Shown piece after piece: positions 45,005 through 54,728 of a stretch of 64,000 bases of DNA. The notes beneath the pieces were generated by a model that saw only the letters and a list, made by a program, of their open reading frames with translations, ran no database searches and was not told where the DNA came from. Each line of letters starts with the position of its first letter. The first letter of the stretch is position 1. Source of the DNA: Thermodesulfovibrionia bacterium (lineage in GTDB: Bacteria; Nitrospirota; Thermodesulfovibrionia; UBA6902); contig JAGVNU010000076.1 of the NCBI GenBank assembly GCA_020053105.1, forward strand, positions 72,005 through 136,004. The letters run 5' to 3'. A program made the position numbers and the translations under genes.

Positions 45005-46078
45005 ATGATCGAGAAATTTGAACCGAAGTGGATTGCCTGGGAGATTACGAGGAGATGTAATCTCAGATGCGTCCACTGCCGCTCCTCATCAGAAATGGAA
45101 GCAAAGGGGCATCCCGATTTTTCTACGGAAGAGGCTTACAGGATTATCGACGACATAGCAAGTTACGCCAAGCCAGTTGTGGTCCTTTCAGGCGGTGAGC
45201 CTTTATTGAGAAAAGATGTTTTTGATATAGCCAAATACGGCACATCCAAAGACCTGCGTATGTGCATTGCTACAAACGGCGCGCTTGTTACGGAAGAAAT
45301 ATGCGAAGGCATGAAAGCGTCCGGCATCAAGATGGTATCATTGAGCCTCGATGGATCAACAGCGGAAGTCCATGATAATTTCAGGAACCAGCAGGGCGCA
45401 TTTGCCGGAGTTGTAAACGCGACCGAATTGTTTAATAAACACGGCATCAAGTTTCTTATTAATTCATCTTTCACAAAGCGTAATCAGCAGGAAATCCCCA
45501 AGGTGTATAAACTCGCCAAGAAACTCGGCGCTACAGCATGGTATATGTTCATGATCGTGCCTACGGGCAGAGGCGAAGATATAATGAATGAACTTATTTC
45601 CAAGGAAGATTACGAAGAACTGCTTGAATGGCATTATCAGATGGAAAAGAATGAAAAAGACCTTCTAGTAAGACCCACATGCGCCCCGCATTATTACAGG
45701 GTGGTCCTTCAGAAACAGAAGGAAGAAGGCGAAAAATTTGAGCGCAGGAGCCTGAAGTTTTCCACCGGAGGTTCAAAGGGATGTCTTGCAGGCCAGTTAA
45801 TCTGCCTGATAGATGTAGATGGCAATGTCCTGCCCTGCAGCTATTTCCCGAAGCCGGCAGGCAATATCAGGAAGCAGTCATTCAGGGACATCTGGGAGAA
45901 TTCCGAGCTGTTCAAAGATATGAGGAACTTCAAGGCATACAAGGGCAGATGCGGTTCCTGTGAATATGTAAACGTCTGCGGCGGATGCCGTGCGCGCGCA
46001 TACGCGGTAACCGGCGATTATATGGATGAGGAGCCTTTCTGCGGGTATGTGCCGTACAAAATAAAAAAAAGCATGTAG
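45005..46078 (+). CDS. Radical SAM/SPASM protein, AhbD/NirJ-like (tetrapyrrole modification candidate)
   Basis: CNLRCVHC cluster motif near the N-terminus. The C-terminal SPASM Cys pattern is [22 protein letters not shown]...[20 protein letters not shown]. Confidence 0.7.
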   Translation: MIEKFEPKWIAWEITRRCNLRCVHCRSSSEMEAKGHPDFSTEEAYRIIDDIASYAKPVVVLSGGEPLLRKDVFDIAKYGTSKDLRMCIATNGALVTEEICEGMKASGIKMVSLSLDGSTAEVHDNFRNQQGAFAGVVNATELFNKHGIKFLINSSFTKRNQQEIPKVYKLAKKLGATAWYMFMIVPTGRGEDIMNELISKEDYEELLEWHYQMEKNEKDLLVRPTCAPHYYRVVLQKQKEEGEKFERRSLKFSTGGSKGCLAGQLICLIDVDGNVLPCSYFPKPAGNIRKQSFRDIWENSELFKDMRNFKAYKGRCGSCEYVNVCGGCRARAYAVTGDYMDEEPFCGYVPYKIKKSM

Positions 46079-46100
46079 GGGCGGGGTGCTCCCGCCCTTT
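46079..46100 (+). terminator. GC-rich hairpin plus T-run (attenuator/terminator candidate) before hemE
   Basis: GGGCGGG-gtgct-CCCGCCC followed by TTT. A second hairpin, ATGCTGAA-acagg-TTCAGCAT, follows at 46104-46124. Confidence 0.4.
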
Positions 46101-46148
46101 CAGATGCTGAAACAGGTTCAGCATTACAAACATAGAACGGAGTTTAAA

Positions 46149-47198
46149 ATGAACGATACATTTCTTAAAGCATGCAGAGGCGAAAAAGTTGACTATACCC
46201 CGATATGGATTATGCGTCAGGCAGGGAGATATCTTGCAGAATACAGGGCGGTCAGAGGCAAGGCCGATTTCCTTAAGATGTGCAAAACACCTGAACTGGC
46301 TGCGGAAGTTACGCTTCAGCCGGTTGATATCCTGAATGTCGATGCAGCCATCCTGTTTTCAGACATTCTAATTCCCTGTGAAGCCATGGGGCAGGGACTT
46401 GATTTTCATGAAGGCAAGGGGCCGCTTCTCAGCCCGGCCATTAGAGACAAAGACACTGTTAATAAACTATTTGTCCCTGACCCTGAAGATACAATGAAGT
46501 TTGTTATGGATGCCATACGTATTCTCAGGAAAGAGCTTGCAGGCAGGGTCCCCCTAATCGGTTTTGCGGGCGCGCCTTTTACTACCGCTACATATATGAT
46601 TGAAGGGGGCACTTCAAAAAACTTCCTGAACACGAAAAGGATGGTCTATGAAAACCCTGAACTCTACAAATCCCTGATGGACAAAATAACCGCTACTATT
46701 ACCCTGTATCTTAAGGCCCAGATCAGCGCCGGGGCCCAGGCCGTGCAGATATTTGATACATGGGGCGGCATTTTCTCACCTTCTGATTTCAGGGACCATG
46801 CCCTGAGCTACGTCAAGAAAATCATAAGTGATCTTAAACAGTGGATGCTTGCTGAAAGACGGGAAGCAGTCCCTGTCATCTACTTTGTTGGTGAATCCGC
46901 CGGCCTGCTGGAAGAAATAAAGACCTGCGGCGCGGATGTCTTCGGCGTGGACTGGAGGATCAACCTCGATGATGCAATAAGAAGACTAGGCGGTGATGTT
47001 GTGGTCCAGGGGAATATGGACCCGCTCGCAATGTTCCTCCCCAAAGAAAAGATTGAGCAGCGCGTCAAGGATGTCCTGAACAGGGCCACTTCTGCCCGTG
47101 GGCATATCTTTAACCTCGGGCACGGCGTTGTCCCGGAGACCCCCCGTGATAATGTCATTGCGCTGGTGGAGATGGTCCACAGACTCAGCAGAAAATGA
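46149..47198 (+). CDS. hemE: Uroporphyrinogen decarboxylase
   Basis: MNDTFLKACRGEKVDYTPIWIMRQAGRYLAEYR is the canonical HemE N-terminus. GGAG SD lies before the ATG at 46149. The track start at 46086 would run through two hairpins. Confidence 0.9.
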   Translation: MNDTFLKACRGEKVDYTPIWIMRQAGRYLAEYRAVRGKADFLKMCKTPELAAEVTLQPVDILNVDAAILFSDILIPCEAMGQGLDFHEGKGPLLSPAIRDKDTVNKLFVPDPEDTMKFVMDAIRILRKELAGRVPLIGFAGAPFTTATYMIEGGTSKNFLNTKRMVYENPELYKSLMDKITATITLYLKAQISAGAQAVQIFDTWGGIFSPSDFRDHALSYVKKIISDLKQWMLAERREAVPVIYFVGESAGLLEEIKTCGADVFGVDWRINLDDAIRRLGGDVVVQGNMDPLAMFLPKEKIEQRVKDVLNRATSARGHIFNLGHGVVPETPRDNVIALVEMVHRLSRK

Positions 47199-47325
47199 AA
47201 TTGCAGACTAATTCAGTCTTCAGATCCATCATCGACCTGGTCAAGACGCATGTCATTTTGGCAAGGTTTTGGTCAAATGGCCAGTAATTCACAGAGTAAC
47301 TGCTTGAAATAATAGTATTCTCTTA

Positions 47326-47341
47326 TGGCATAGCTTTTGCT
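47326..47341 (+). promoter_or_regulatory. Sigma-54 (-24/-12) promoter candidate
   Basis: TGGCATAGCTTTTGCT has exact GG-N10-GC spacing and lies about 107 nt upstream of the PAS gene ATG. TGGTCAA occurs twice upstream (47238-47244 and 47270-47276), 32 nt apart. Confidence 0.6.
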
Positions 47342-47447
47342 GTAAAAAATAAGGGAAGTAATATCTCGGCTCTTCAGTATGCAGGCGGATGCAGGATTTA
47401 TGCAGAAATGATTGATGACCAGTTAAATAAATCGGGGAGAGCAACAA

Positions 47448-48722
47448 ATGAGCGAGCCGGCAAATGTCTTTGAAACAGTAACAGACAGCATAGGCGACGG
47501 CATAGTACTTATTGACCGGGATTATAAAATAACCTTTGCCAACGCAGCAGCACACCGCGTCTTTGGAATTAATAGCAGCATCCGGGGCATTACCTGCCAT
47601 TCCCTCTTTCACCGCCTCTCTACAGCCTGTAATAATAATTACGAGTTTAAGCGCTGCCCCCACACTGAGGTCATCAATACCGGAAAGCCGGTATCCATCA
47701 GGTACCCCATAATTTTAAAGAACGGGAAAAAACGGATCTTCGATATAACGGCTTCACCCATAACAGATAAGGCAACTAACGAGGTGACCCATATTGTAAA
47801 AATTCTAAAGGACGTCACTGATAGTACACATACCGAAAATATGCTTAAAGAGGCAGCGACCAAGTATCAGAACCTGGTAGAGAATGCCCTTATCGGTGTT
47901 TACAATACTAATATAGAAGGCCATGTTTTATATGTGAATAAAGCACTGGCTGAGATGCTTGAGTATATCTCACCTGAAGAGATGATCAATAGCGGCGTAG
48001 TGTTACGATGTAACGACCCCGGAAATATGGAGGTCTTGATCAGCAAACTCAGGGAAACGGGCAGCGTCAGTAATTACGAGGTCAACCTTCTCACCAAAAA
48101 AGGCAAGATTAAACCCGCACTCATAAGCGCCAAACTGGAGGGAGATGTTTTGTCCGGAATGATCATGGACGTCACAGACCAGAAAACGATGGGGGAGCTG
48201 ACAAAAAAACAGGAGCTCTTCTTTTCCTCCATACTTGAAGGCATGCAGGACGGCATGGTTGTTGTAAACCGCAACTTTGAAATTATCTATGCTAACAGCA
48301 GTTATGCAAGGCAGACCAAGACCCCGGTCGATGAGATAAGGGGCCGGCACTGCTTCGAAGTGTCTCACCATAATGCCAAGCCCTGCTATCTCGCAGGTGA
48401 AGAGTGCAGCGTAAAAAACGCCTTTGATACAGGCATCAGCAGCAAAATCATACATACGCATTTCAACGGCAATAACAGGAAGATAAATGTCGAAACAGTG
48501 GCCTATCCGCTCAGGGATCTCTCCGGCAATATTGTCTCGGTAGTAGAAAGGGTTTGTGATATTACAGAGAAGATAGAGCTTGAAAACGAACTGAAAAAAC
48601 GGGTCAATGAACTTGAGGCATTTTACGAAATGGCGGTAGGCAGGGAACTGAGAATGATAGAACTTAAAAATGAGATAGAGGCATTGAAGGAAAAATCGGT
48701 AAAACACAACCTGGAAACTTAA
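47448..48722 (+). CDS. Multi-PAS protein without output domain, C-terminal coiled coil
   Basis: Three PAS-like repeats. Two carry Cys/His clusters (CHSLFH...C...CPH; GRHCFEVSHHNAKPCYLAGEECSV). No kinase, GGDEF or HD domain is present. Confidence 0.7.
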   Translation: MSEPANVFETVTDSIGDGIVLIDRDYKITFANAAAHRVFGINSSIRGITCHSLFHRLSTACNNNYEFKRCPHTEVINTGKPVSIRYPIILKNGKKRIFDITASPITDKATNEVTHIVKILKDVTDSTHTENMLKEAATKYQNLVENALIGVYNTNIEGHVLYVNKALAEMLEYISPEEMINSGVVLRCNDPGNMEVLISKLRETGSVSNYEVNLLTKKGKIKPALISAKLEGDVLSGMIMDVTDQKTMGELTKKQELFFSSILEGMQDGMVVVNRNFEIIYANSSYARQTKTPVDEIRGRHCFEVSHHNAKPCYLAGEECSVKNAFDTGISSKIIHTHFNGNNRKINVETVAYPLRDLSGNIVSVVERVCDITEKIELENELKKRVNELEAFYEMAVGRELRMIELKNEIEALKEKSVKHNLET

Positions 48723-48724
48723 TT

Positions 48725-49987
48725 ATGATATCAAGACATTCGGTTTTTATAATACTCTTCGGCTGGCTGATTGTCGGATCATACATTTATTATGATTATG
48801 AATATCATCAAAAAGACCTTTTCAGACATTTACTTTCAGTTAAATCCCCTGCAGACATCTTCTTCCATCTGATTATTATCAGCACCCTGATCGGTGCACA
48901 TGTAACAGCTTATCTGGTAAACGAAAGGAGAAAGCTCCTTATCAAGACCATGATATCCGAGGAGCAGCTGAAGCATGCGGCCCATGAATGGAAGGTAACA
49001 TTTGATTCCATTCCTCATGGAGTTTTGCTGACCGACAGCGACTGTAATATTATCCGGGCCAACAAGTATGTTGAACACATGGCCGGTATCCCCATGAGAG
49101 AACTCATATCCGGCAAAAAATGCAATGACGTAGTCTGTAAGCTGAATAAGTCCGTAAGTGATTGTGCTTCCATGAAAGCTGCCGGTATTCGTGCTACAAA
49201 GGCACAGGAATATTATGATCAAGAAAAGGACATATTTATAAATGAAAGCATCACCCCCATGTCTAACGGCAAAGGGGAAATCAGCTCGTTTGTTCACGTG
49301 CTTATTGATATTACGGACTCCAAGGAGAAAGAAAAGAAACTGAGTCAGTCAAAAGACGCCTTCTTCAATATGCTGAAGGATGTGGACTCCGCCTATAAAG
49401 ACCTCAAGGAAATCCATAACAGCCTTATTGTTACTTTTTCAAACATTATCGACGCTAAAAGCCCATGGACAAGAGGGCATTCCATTGATGTCGCCGACTA
49501 TGCGACCGTCATTGCCAGGGAAATGGGGCTGGATGAACGCGAGATTGAGACCCTCAGGATGGCCGCGCTTCTTCACGACATAGGGAAGGTGGGGACGTAT
49601 GATGATATCCTTGATAAGCCTGATAAACTTGATTCTGCAGAGCGCACCATGATCAGGCAGCATACCCTAAAAGGAGAAGAGATCCTGAAACCTATAAAAG
49701 GTCTCAGAAATATTATCCCGATTGTAAGGTCGCATCATGAAAGAGTTGACGGGACGGGTTACCCGGACGGACTGGCGGGAGATAAAATTCACCCCCTCGC
49801 CAAAATACTCTGTGTTGCTGATTCATATGACGCAATGATATCCGATAGGCCCTATCGTCCCTCACGCAGCCTGGACTTCGCCATGTCCGAAATCAGACTA
49901 TGCGCCGGGACACAATTTGATTTGGACGTGTCCGAAACTTTTCTGAAAATACTGGGACGAAGCCCGGACAATCTTCCTTCCGCATAA
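48725..49987 (+). CDS. Membrane-anchored PAS / HD-GYP phosphodiesterase
   Basis: Two N-terminal TM helices and a PAS domain with Cys cluster (CNDVVCKLNKSVSDC). HD-GYP signatures HDIGKVG, HHERVDGTGYPDG and DSYDAMISDRPYR. The start lies 2 nt after the PAS gene stop. Confidence 0.8.
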   Translation: MISRHSVFIILFGWLIVGSYIYYDYEYHQKDLFRHLLSVKSPADIFFHLIIISTLIGAHVTAYLVNERRKLLIKTMISEEQLKHAAHEWKVTFDSIPHGVLLTDSDCNIIRANKYVEHMAGIPMRELISGKKCNDVVCKLNKSVSDCASMKAAGIRATKAQEYYDQEKDIFINESITPMSNGKGEISSFVHVLIDITDSKEKEKKLSQSKDAFFNMLKDVDSAYKDLKEIHNSLIVTFSNIIDAKSPWTRGHSIDVADYATVIAREMGLDEREIETLRMAALLHDIGKVGTYDDILDKPDKLDSAERTMIRQHTLKGEEILKPIKGLRNIIPIVRSHHERVDGTGYPDGLAGDKIHPLAKILCVADSYDAMISDRPYRPSRSLDFAMSEIRLCAGTQFDLDVSETFLKILGRSPDNLPSA

Positions 49988-50034
49988 CTCAGTTATTTCA
50001 TCGGCATAATGAAGGTATTATTCGGGCAGCCCCC

Positions 50035-50063
50035 TTGACCATTCAGAATACTTTAAAGATAAT
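50035..50063 (+). promoter_or_regulatory. Sigma-70-type promoter candidate for rlmN
   Basis: TTGACC-17 nt-GATAAT, about 37 nt upstream of the ATG at 50100. Confidence 0.45.
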
Positions 50064-50099
50064 ATCTGTAGTCCATCATTTCATTACGAGTCATAACAG

Positions 50100-51170
50100 A
50101 TGAAAACCAACCTCAAGCAATTATCAAAACAGGAACTCCTCCTTTTCATGGAACAGGCCGGCCAAAGGAAATTCAGGACGGACCAGATTATCCGTTGGAT
50201 ATACGATAAACTGGCCACGTCCTTTGATGAGATGACTGATCTCTCCAGTGCATTTCGTGAAGAGCTTCAAAACATTGCTGTCATCAGCAGCCTGACCCTG
50301 CTCCAGAGACAGGTATCAAAGGACGGCACGCAGAAATTCCTCTTTGAACTGGAGGACGGGCAAACTATTGAAAGCGTGCTTATGCCGAACAGCAAGGGAG
50401 AGGGACGGTTTACCCTATGCATTTCGTCCCAGGTCGGATGTGCAGTTGGCTGCAAGTTCTGCATGACCGGCAGACTTGGCCTTAAAAGAAACCTCAAAGC
50501 TTACGAGATCGCTGACCAGGTCATCTCTGTAAAAAGATTTATTGTGCAACAGCCGTCGGGGGAATCAACTAAATCTGGCGGAGATAAACCCGAAATCACC
50601 AATATAGTTTTTATGGGAATGGGAGAGCCCTTCAATAACTTTAATGAGGTCAGCCGGGCGCTCTCGAAATTAACCGACCTCATGGGTTTTTCAAAGAGGA
50701 AAATCACTGTATCCACGGCTGGAATACTACCCGGCATTCAGAAGCTGGCCGAAAGCAAACCGCTTGTAAACCTAGCCGTATCGCTGAACGCGACCACCGA
50801 CGAGGGGAGAAACAGGATTATGCCGATAAATAAAAAATACCCGCTGAAAGACCTTATCCGGGCCTGCAGGGATTTCCCGTTACCTCCTAGGAGGCGCATA
50901 ACTTTTGAATATGTAATGCTGGCCGGCATAAATGATTCAGATGAAGATGCCGGAAGACTTGTTAAGCTGCTTGCAGGCATTAAATCAAAGATAAACCTGA
51001 TCCCTTATAATCAGCTCAATAATTCCGGGGAATTGAGAACGCCTTCAGAAGACCGGGTCCTTGCATTCCAGAACATTCTGAAAAAAGCCGGGATGACCGC
51101 GCTGATCAGAAAAAGTAAGGGAGCGGACATCTCGGCAGCATGCGGTCAACTGAAAGCGGCGTACAAATAA
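50100..51170 (+). CDS. rlmN: 23S rRNA/tRNA adenine-C2 methyltransferase RlmN (radical SAM)
   Basis: FRTDQIIRWIY N-terminal block, CISSQVGCAVGCKFCMTG cluster motif, and C-terminal GADISAACGQL with the conserved Cys. Confidence 0.9.
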   Translation: MKTNLKQLSKQELLLFMEQAGQRKFRTDQIIRWIYDKLATSFDEMTDLSSAFREELQNIAVISSLTLLQRQVSKDGTQKFLFELEDGQTIESVLMPNSKGEGRFTLCISSQVGCAVGCKFCMTGRLGLKRNLKAYEIADQVISVKRFIVQQPSGESTKSGGDKPEITNIVFMGMGEPFNNFNEVSRALSKLTDLMGFSKRKITVSTAGILPGIQKLAESKPLVNLAVSLNATTDEGRNRIMPINKKYPLKDLIRACRDFPLPPRRRITFEYVMLAGINDSDEDAGRLVKLLAGIKSKINLIPYNQLNNSGELRTPSEDRVLAFQNILKKAGMTALIRKSKGADISAACGQLKAAYK

Positions 51171-51200
51171 AATTTCACGGTCCGCATTTGAAATCACTCA

Positions 51201-51230
51201 TTGAACTTTATTCTTTTAAAAAGATATAAT
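51201..51230 (+). promoter_or_regulatory. Sigma-70-type promoter candidate
   Basis: TTGAAC-18 nt-TATAAT, upstream of the ICMT-family gene. Confidence 0.4.
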
Positions 51231-51310
51231 CTAACCTGTCATTTTTTAAAAGCTCGCACTATATCACGGCGCAAATAAGGATATGAAACGCAGCAGAGAG
51301 GTCTGTCAAT

Positions 51311-51931
51311 TTGGAATCTCAATCAATGTATCAAAAGATACAAAAAGTTCTCGCTCGTAACCGCATCAGATTGTCATTGCTGGTCTTCGCTATATTCATA
51401 GCCAATGATTTCTTTATTGAAAATATAGTGCCCCACGATATATTCAGCCTTAGCGACATATGGGGCCCGGCAGGTTTCTTCCTTGTATTGTCCGGAGTCG
51501 GCCTCAGGTCCTGGGCCGCAGGGATTATTCATAAAAGTGAACAGCTGGCAACAATCGGACCATATTCCCTGACCAGACACCCCTTATACATCGGCTCTCT
51601 GTTAATGGCCATCGGCTTTTGCAGTATAATCGGCGATATCAAAAACGTTATTGTCGTATTCGCGATAGTGGTAATATTTTATGTTCCCAAGATACACAGA
51701 GAAGAGACCAGGCTTGCTGATACATTCGGGGAAGAATGGACGCGATATACCCGCCGCACGTCGATTTTCTATCCAAAGACCATCCCCGGATTACGTGCGC
51801 ACTGGTCCTTTAATCAGTGGCTCGGCCACAGGGAATATTATGCCCTGTGTACCTGCCTGATCGTGCTGGCGCTTTTGAAACTGCTCCACGAATTTCCAGT
51901 CCCGGAGATATTGACTGCCTTCAGGTCATGA
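51311..51931 (+). CDS. ICMT/phospholipid-methyltransferase-family membrane protein
   Basis: Multi-TM protein with the LTRHPLYIGSLLMAIG and EE..L...FGEEW motifs of this family. The start codon is uncertain (TTG at 51311 or ATG at 51326). Confidence 0.6.
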   Translation: MESQSMYQKIQKVLARNRIRLSLLVFAIFIANDFFIENIVPHDIFSLSDIWGPAGFFLVLSGVGLRSWAAGIIHKSEQLATIGPYSLTRHPLYIGSLLMAIGFCSIIGDIKNVIVVFAIVVIFYVPKIHREETRLADTFGEEWTRYTRRTSIFYPKTIPGLRAHWSFNQWLGHREYYALCTCLIVLALLKLLHEFPVPEILTAFRS

Positions 51932-52135
51932 CCATATATGCATATAACAGTCGGATGGATATTTACGGGAAACCGGAAAAAAGACGAGGAGACTAAAGAG
52001 AGCTTCCAGTTAAAGTATTGCAAGGAAATGCCGAGAACTATGTTTAGATACGCCATCGGAAATTTCGATGAAACAAAGCTAAACTTCTATTTAAAAAAAT
52101 AAGTTGCCAGGTGTCTCAACATCAATAAATAAATC

Positions 52136-52144
52136 TGGTATAAT
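52136..52144 (+). promoter_or_regulatory. Extended -10 promoter (TGGTATAAT), probable leaderless glgP start
   Basis: TGnTATAAT ends 8 nt before the ATG at 52153, with no SD. Confidence 0.45.
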
Positions 52145-52152
52145 ACGCTGCT

Positions 52153-53868
52153 ATGACAATACTTGAAAAGTTCATCACAGAACCAAAGATAGCTTATTTC
52201 TCAATGGAGATAGGTCTCAGGGATGAAATACCCACTTATTCGGGAGGACTGGGGGTGCTTGCCGGTGATACAGTCAAGTCCGCCGCTGACCTTTGCCTGC
52301 CTTTCATAGCTGTTACACTGATCAGCCGCAAAGGATATTTCCTCCAGGAAATCGATGCCACAGGCCATCAGATAGAACATCCCGCCGTATGGGACCCCTC
52401 AAAGCTCCTGCATAAGTCAACAGAAAAAGTTATGGTTACAATAGAGGGCAGAAAAGTGTATTTACAGGCCTGGGTTTATTTTGTAGAGAGCCCGAGGGAG
52501 GGAAGCAGGGTTCCTGTTATATATCTTGATACCGACCTGCCGGAAAACAGTGCGGAAGACAGGACACTGACGGACCATCTTTACGGCGGTGGAGAGGATT
52601 ACAGAATAAAACAGGAAATAGTCCTTGGCATAGGCGGCGTAAGGATGCTAAAGAAACTCGGATTTCAGATCAAGAAATATCACATGAACGAAGGGCACGC
52701 TGCATTTCTTACCCTTGAACTGCTGCATGAATTCAAAAAAGATATTGAATCCGTCTGGGATGAAGACCATATTTGGGACACCGAGTCTGTCAAGGACTTG
52801 TGCGTGTTTACAACGCATACGCCTGTTGAGGCAGGACATGATAAATTTTCGTATGAGCTGTTCAAAAAAGTATTTGGAGACTATTTCCCTGAAAATATCC
52901 TGAAAAAGCTTGCCGGTGAGAATAAAGTCAACATGACCCTTCTCGGCTTTAATTTAAGTAAATATGTAAACGGAGTAGCAAAAAAGCACGGCAAAGTTTC
53001 ACAGAGCATGTTCCCGGGATATCAGATAAATGCCATAACAAACGGCGTGCATTCGTACACATGGACCTGTGACAGCATGAAAAAAATTTATGATAAATAC
53101 CTTCCCGGATGGGCCAATGAACCTGAAATATTTGTGAGGATTGGCGCGATCCCTGATGAAGAACTGTGGGGAGCGCACCAGGAGGCAAAAAAGATACTCA
53201 TAGATTATGTAAATTCTGTTTCAGGTACAGAGATGGACTGTGAAACTCTGACCATCGGCTTTGCAAGAAGGGCCACCGCCTATAAAAGGGCTGACCTTCT
53301 GTTCTCGGACTTAAAAAGGCTTGAGCAGATCGGCACAGGCAAAATACAGATCATCTATGCAGGGAAGGCGCATCCGAAAGACACGGTAGGAAAGCAGCTA
53401 ATCGAAAAGATTTTTTCTTACAGGGAAAAGTTTAAAGGGAAGATCAGGATTGCCTTCATTCAGAACTATAACATGGAAATAGCGCTCAAACTCGTATCCG
53501 GAGTAGATATCTGGCTGAACACTCCGCTGCGGCCCCTCGAAGCCTCAGGCACAAGCGGCATGAAGGCGACCCATAACGGGGTGATGAACTTCAGCGTGCT
53601 TGACGGATGGTGGATTGAGGGACATATAGAAGGATATACAGGCTGGGCCATAGGGCCCGCGCCGAAAGAGATTGAGTCGGACACCAATATGAACCAGATA
53701 GATTCAGATGACCTCTACAATAAACTCGAACACACCATTATCCCCCTTTACTATAATGACCGCAAAAGGTGGATCAGGATGATGCAAAACGCCATCGGCA
53801 AAAACGCGTATTACTTTAACTGCCACAGAATGATGCGCAGATATGTTACTGAAGCGTATATAAGGTAA
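52153..53868 (+). CDS. glgP: Alpha-glucan phosphorylase (GT35, short maltodextrin-phosphorylase type)
   Basis: The N-terminus is FSMEIGL...IPTYSGGLGVLAGD. The pyridoxal-phosphate Lys region is EASGTSGMKA. Confidence 0.85.
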   Translation: MTILEKFITEPKIAYFSMEIGLRDEIPTYSGGLGVLAGDTVKSAADLCLPFIAVTLISRKGYFLQEIDATGHQIEHPAVWDPSKLLHKSTEKVMVTIEGRKVYLQAWVYFVESPREGSRVPVIYLDTDLPENSAEDRTLTDHLYGGGEDYRIKQEIVLGIGGVRMLKKLGFQIKKYHMNEGHAAFLTLELLHEFKKDIESVWDEDHIWDTESVKDLCVFTTHTPVEAGHDKFSYELFKKVFGDYFPENILKKLAGENKVNMTLLGFNLSKYVNGVAKKHGKVSQSMFPGYQINAITNGVHSYTWTCDSMKKIYDKYLPGWANEPEIFVRIGAIPDEELWGAHQEAKKILIDYVNSVSGTEMDCETLTIGFARRATAYKRADLLFSDLKRLEQIGTGKIQIIYAGKAHPKDTVGKQLIEKIFSYREKFKGKIRIAFIQNYNMEIALKLVSGVDIWLNTPLRPLEASGTSGMKATHNGVMNFSVLDGWWIEGHIEGYTGWAIGPAPKEIESDTNMNQIDSDDLYNKLEHTIIPLYYNDRKRWIRMMQNAIGKNAYYFNCHRMMRRYVTEAYIR

Positions 53869-53889
53869 GTCCCCGGCAAACTCTTTCGA

Positions 53890-54636
53890 TTATTCCTGCG
53901 GCCTGACTGCTTCATCGGAAGGCTGCCCGGTAACATCATCCTGTTCCTGAACATCATCAAATCCCTGTTCATCACCTGGATCGACAATATCTTCTGTCTG
54001 AGGTCCGGCGTCTGTCATTCCCGATTCAACAGGCACGACAACTGATTGATGTTCCTCATCAGCATATTCCGCCAATTCCGGGGCTTCAGATGACCTCTCC
54101 GCAGGTTCCGGGATGTCTACCTCCTGGAATTCTTTAAGAGTTGGAAGCTCTGACAAATCCTTCAGCCCGAAGTACTGCAAAAACTCCTTTGTCGTACCAT
54201 ACATCAGCGGTCTTCCGGGGACCTCTTTCCTGCCGAGGATTTTAATAAGCCTCTTGTCCAGCAGCGTCTTTACGACACCATCAGAATTGACCCCCCTGAT
54301 GGCCTCTATTTCAGCTTTGATAATCGGCTGTTTATACGCGATGATGGCCATGGTTTCAAGGGATGACTGGGTGAGTTTTTTAGGGACTGAAGCAGAAAGG
54401 AGCTTCTTGACCCAGGGGGCACACGCAGGATTGGTGACCATCTGGTACCCTTCAGCTACCTCCACAATAAAAAGGCCGGAATTCCTGACCGAATAATCGC
54501 TGATGAGTTCTCTGGCAAGCCTTTCCATATTATACTTGTCTACGTCTGTTATCTTTCTGATCGTATCAAGCGTTACAGGCTCACCGGCCATAAACAGTAT
54601 CGCTTCAATAACAGACTTGGCTTCCTCGTCTTGCAT
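53890..54636 (-). CDS. scpB: Segregation and condensation protein B with acidic C-terminal tail
   Basis: IEAILFMAGEPVTLDTI plus tandem winged-helix blocks (IRGVNSDGVVKTLLDKRLI...GRPLMYGTTKEFLQYFGL). The C-terminal approx 80 aa are Asp/Glu-rich. Confidence 0.85.
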   Translation of the reverse strand: MQDEEAKSVIEAILFMAGEPVTLDTIRKITDVDKYNMERLARELISDYSVRNSGLFIVEVAEGYQMVTNPACAPWVKKLLSASVPKKLTQSSLETMAIIAYKQPIIKAEIEAIRGVNSDGVVKTLLDKRLIKILGRKEVPGRPLMYGTTKEFLQYFGLKDLSELPTLKEFQEVDIPEPAERSSEAPELAEYADEEHQSVVVPVESGMTDAGPQTEDIVDPGDEQGFDDVQEQDDVTGQPSDEAVRPQE

Positions 54637-54728
54637 GTGGATATCACCCTCTGAAAATGAAATTATTTGCTCTTGAATGAGTTAAAATCGTAGCAGAATC
54701 TATTGAAAATTACAATGCCGGGAAATGG

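Noticed and set aside
46086-46148. Upstream extension of hemE (track start 46086).
   Set aside because: The extension would be translated through two stable hairpins. The canonical HemE N-terminus begins at the ATG at 46149, which has a GGAG SD.
51283-51360. 25-codon ORF (MKRSREVCQFGISINVSKDTKSSRS) with an AAGGA upstream of the ICMT-family gene.
   Set aside because: It could be a uORF, but it overlaps the uncertain start of the main gene in another frame and has no supporting conservation evidence. Not called.
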